Source: Gloeobacterales cyanobacterium (GTDB taxonomy: Bacteria > Cyanobacteriota > Cyanobacteriia > Gloeobacterales > PMM-0068). Taken from it: 64,000 nt of DNA. A program made the position numbers and the translations under genes. The stretch covers positions 13,614 through 77,613 of the forward strand of contig JBBRSB010000024.1 of the NCBI GenBank assembly GCA_038245785.1, given 5' to 3'. The notes beneath the pieces are model-generated. The model saw only the letters and a list, made by a program, of their open reading frames with translations, ran no database searches and was not told where the DNA came from. How positions within the stretch are numbered: the first letter of the stretch is position 1; each line of letters starts with the position of its first letter. This document shows positions 61,831 to 64,000 of the stretch, in pieces.

Positions 61831-61921
61831 ATAGGGATAGGGGCTACTCTGCTACAGTCAATCCTCACGGGCTTATTGTGTGACTTGATGCACTAGCTCC
61901 TCATTCTGCAACTGTACTCCT

Positions 61922-63760
61922 ATGACTTCTAAAAAGATCGTCCTTATTGCGCCTACCCCTCAGAGCTATATGTTGGCGCTCAATCTACAAGCGGGTCTAG
62001 AGGATGCCGTTATTTGGACAAAGGCGGACGTTCCTTCTGTTTCTGTACTGCCCAACAACATTCATACCTATGAGGACGCACTGCCTCCGGTCTTAGAAAA
62101 GTTATGGCAAGAGTATGATGGCCTGATTTTTGTGCTGGCTCTTGGTGCCGTTGTGCGACTGATTGCTCCTTTGCTCAATCACAAAGAACGGGATCCAGCC
62201 GTGGTTGTAGTGAATGCTGAAGAGAATAGCGGACCCTTGGTGATCAGTGTCAGTGGCGGGCATAGAGGGGGAGCGGATGCCCTTACCCGTCAGGTAGCGG
62301 CCCTAATCGAAGGACAACCGATTATTACTTCAGCCTCTGAAGCACAGCATCTTCCGGCCATAGACCTTCTCGGAGAGCCCTACGGTTGGCAGCGAGGAGC
62401 AGGTGATTGGTTAGCGGTAGCGGTAGCGGTCACTCAACAGCAGCCAGTTAAGGTAACTCAGACTTGTGGCTGGGACTTTTGGCGCAGGGCCTTGCCGACG
62501 GTGCATTCTTTTGTAGAGGAGGGGACTTCTAAAACAGTCAAAGCTCATCTCTGGATTTCTGACCAACTTGCTCCGGCAATGGATGTCCCTGTAGTTGCTT
62601 GGCATCCCCGGACCTTGTGGATCGGGATCGGTTGTGAGCGGGGGACTTCTGCCCAGATTTTGGAGCAGGCGATTCGCAGAGTTCTGACAGAGAACGCATT
62701 AGCCTTTGAAGCCATCGCCGGACTAGCTTCTGTCGAACTGAAACAGGATGAAGTGGGTTTGCTGGAAGTCGCTCAGCGCTATGGCTGGCCACTGAGATTT
62801 TTTGGGGCAGATCAATTGGCTTCGCAGCTAGTTCCGAATCCTTCTCAGATAGTGGCCGACGCAGTAGGAACGCCTTCTGTCGCAGAGGCCGCCGCCATAA
62901 AAGTCACGGGCAAGGCTCTGGTCGTCCCAAAACAGATTTATCATGCAGAGCACGGTGCCTGTACGCTGGCTATTGCTCGGGTCACAGAGGAATATAGCCC
63001 AAGAGTCGGTAAGATCTTCTTAATAGGTACAGGTCCGGGTTCTCTCTCCCAAGTTACTCCTGCGGCGCGCGCTGCCTTAGCGCAATGCAAAACGGTGATT
63101 GGTTATCAGCTCTATGTGGACCTAATTCGCCCCCTTCTCTATCCTCAGCAAGTTATAGAAGCCAGCCCGATTACACAAGAAGTCCAGCGGGCAGAACGGG
63201 CAATTGCCTTAGCGGAAAGAGGGTTAACCGTAGGCGTAATTTCCTCGGGGGATAGTGGAATTTATGGCATGGCCGGACTGGTTTTAGAGTGCCTGGCGCT
63301 TAAAGATTGGAATGGAACGACGCCCCAGGTAGAAGTGCTGCCTGGAATTACAGCGCTTCAGGCTCTAGCTGCACGGGTGGGTGCTCCTTTGATGCATGAT
63401 TTTTGTGCGATTTCTCTATCTGATTTATTAACCCCTTGGCCCGTGATTATGAAACGCCTGGAAGCATCGGCAGCGGCTGATTTTGTGGTGGCTCTGTATA
63501 ACCCTCGTTCACAAACCCGCATGGAAGGTATGGAGAAGGCCAGAGCTATTTTTCTAAACTATCGTTCGGCAGATACTCCTGTCGTCCTCGCGCGCTCTGT
63601 CTATCGTCCCGAAGAGAAGATTCATCTAACAACCCTAGAAAAACTAGATGTAACGATGATCGATATGCTGACCGTGGTTTTGATCGGCAATCAAAGTACG
63701 TTCTTTCACAAAGGCCATTTAATTACGCCTAGAGGCTATTCTGTCCGCAGGGCAGACTGA
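61922..63760 (+). CDS. cobJ: CbiG / precorrin-3B C17-methyltransferase (CobJ/CbiH) fusion
   Basis: CbiG: AVVRLIAP, DPAVVVV, GIGCERG, PSVAEAAA. Methyltransferase: IGTGPG, SSGDSGIYGMAG, DFCAISLSDLLTPW, YNPRS, TPRGY. Confidence 0.92.
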   Translation: MTSKKIVLIAPTPQSYMLALNLQAGLEDAVIWTKADVPSVSVLPNNIHTYEDALPPVLEKLWQEYDGLIFVLALGAVVRLIAPLLNHKERDPAVVVVNAEENSGPLVISVSGGHRGGADALTRQVAALIEGQPIITSASEAQHLPAIDLLGEPYGWQRGAGDWLAVAVAVTQQQPVKVTQTCGWDFWRRALPTVHSFVEEGTSKTVKAHLWISDQLAPAMDVPVVAWHPRTLWIGIGCERGTSAQILEQAIRRVLTENALAFEAIAGLASVELKQDEVGLLEVAQRYGWPLRFFGADQLASQLVPNPSQIVADAVGTPSVAEAAAIKVTGKALVVPKQIYHAEHGACTLAIARVTEEYSPRVGKIFLIGTGPGSLSQVTPAARAALAQCKTVIGYQLYVDLIRPLLYPQQVIEASPITQEVQRAERAIALAERGLTVGVISSGDSGIYGMAGLVLECLALKDWNGTTPQVEVLPGITALQALAARVGAPLMHDFCAISLSDLLTPWPVIMKRLEASAAADFVVALYNPRSQTRMEGMEKARAIFLNYRSADTPVVLARSVYRPEEKIHLTTLEKLDVTMIDMLTVVLIGNQSTFFHKGHLITPRGYSVRRAD

Positions 63761-63885
63761 GGTTTGAAGCTAAAAATTGCCTAAATTAAGCAAAACTTAT
63801 CGGATGCTTCAGAAGTATTGTGATCCGTCTTATCAAAATCGGTTCTAATGGGGAGGTAAACCTACCTCAAAAAGGTATTTGACAC

Positions 63886-64000
63886 ATGACTGCTACTTTA
63901 GAGCGTCGCTCTAGTCAGGGTCTCTGGGGTCAGTTCGCTGACTGGATCACCTCCACCGATAACCGTCTTTATGTCGGTTGGTTCGGCGTCCTCATGATCC
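63886..64000 (+). CDS. psbA: Photosystem II D1 protein, 5' end (runs off the window; not in ORF track)
   Basis: Manual translation: [38 protein letters not shown]. Confidence 0.95.
   Translation, partial: MTATLERRSSQGLWGQFADWITSTDNRLYVGWFGVLMI

Noticed and set aside
61790..61921. Cobalamin riboswitch upstream of cbiG-cobJ
   Set aside because: The region is short and lacks recognisable B12-box motifs.
137..62792. Numerous short antisense/overlapping ORFs in the six-frame track
   Set aside because: Shadow ORFs of well-supported genes, with no motifs.
1..64000. CRISPR array, cas genes, rRNA, intact transposase or integrase
   Set aside because: No regularly spaced repeats or recognisable motifs were found by eye.

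Overview
64 kb of a cyanobacterial chromosome. The psbA N-terminus ([14 protein letters not shown]...) suggests an early-branching, Gloeobacterales-like lineage; this is an inference. From left to right: (i) a photosensory/two-component cluster (PAS-rich histidine kinase with a DXCF cyanobacteriochrome GAF, an Rcp-like regulator, two hybrid kinases) and a PyrF-PyrE fusion with a degenerate decarboxylase site; (ii) an accessory region (~8.7-17.7 kb) bracketed by two rubredoxin genes. It holds Rpn/DUF4351 pieces, a DUF433/PIN TA pair, SRAP, several decayed genes and a strongly AT-rich, tightly coupled three-gene operon (dCTP-deaminase/dUTPase-fold protein with two C-terminal TM helices + MazG-like pyrophosphatase + Old-Yellow-Enzyme flavoprotein), which is the best candidate for an undescribed nucleotide-based defence system; (iii) core genes: sugar ABC transporter, dprA, PP2C, rpaA followed by a kinase and a GGDEF-REC gene, mutL, PgpH-like HD protein, pmbA, crtH, Anbu, trxA, leuA, pstSCAB, SLH-porin, tRNA-Pro, peroxiredoxin, cbiG-cobJ and the start of psbA. 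Features missing from the ORF track: Yfr1 sRNA upstream of trxA, a Yfr2-like complementary sRNA candidate directly upstream of it, Yfr1 seed matches at the porin RBS, a perfect 68-bp inverted-repeat element around a deleted DUF559 gene, and small ORFs (rubredoxin, DUF2256). No CRISPR array or rRNA was seen. All family calls are motif recognition by eye; no database searches were run.
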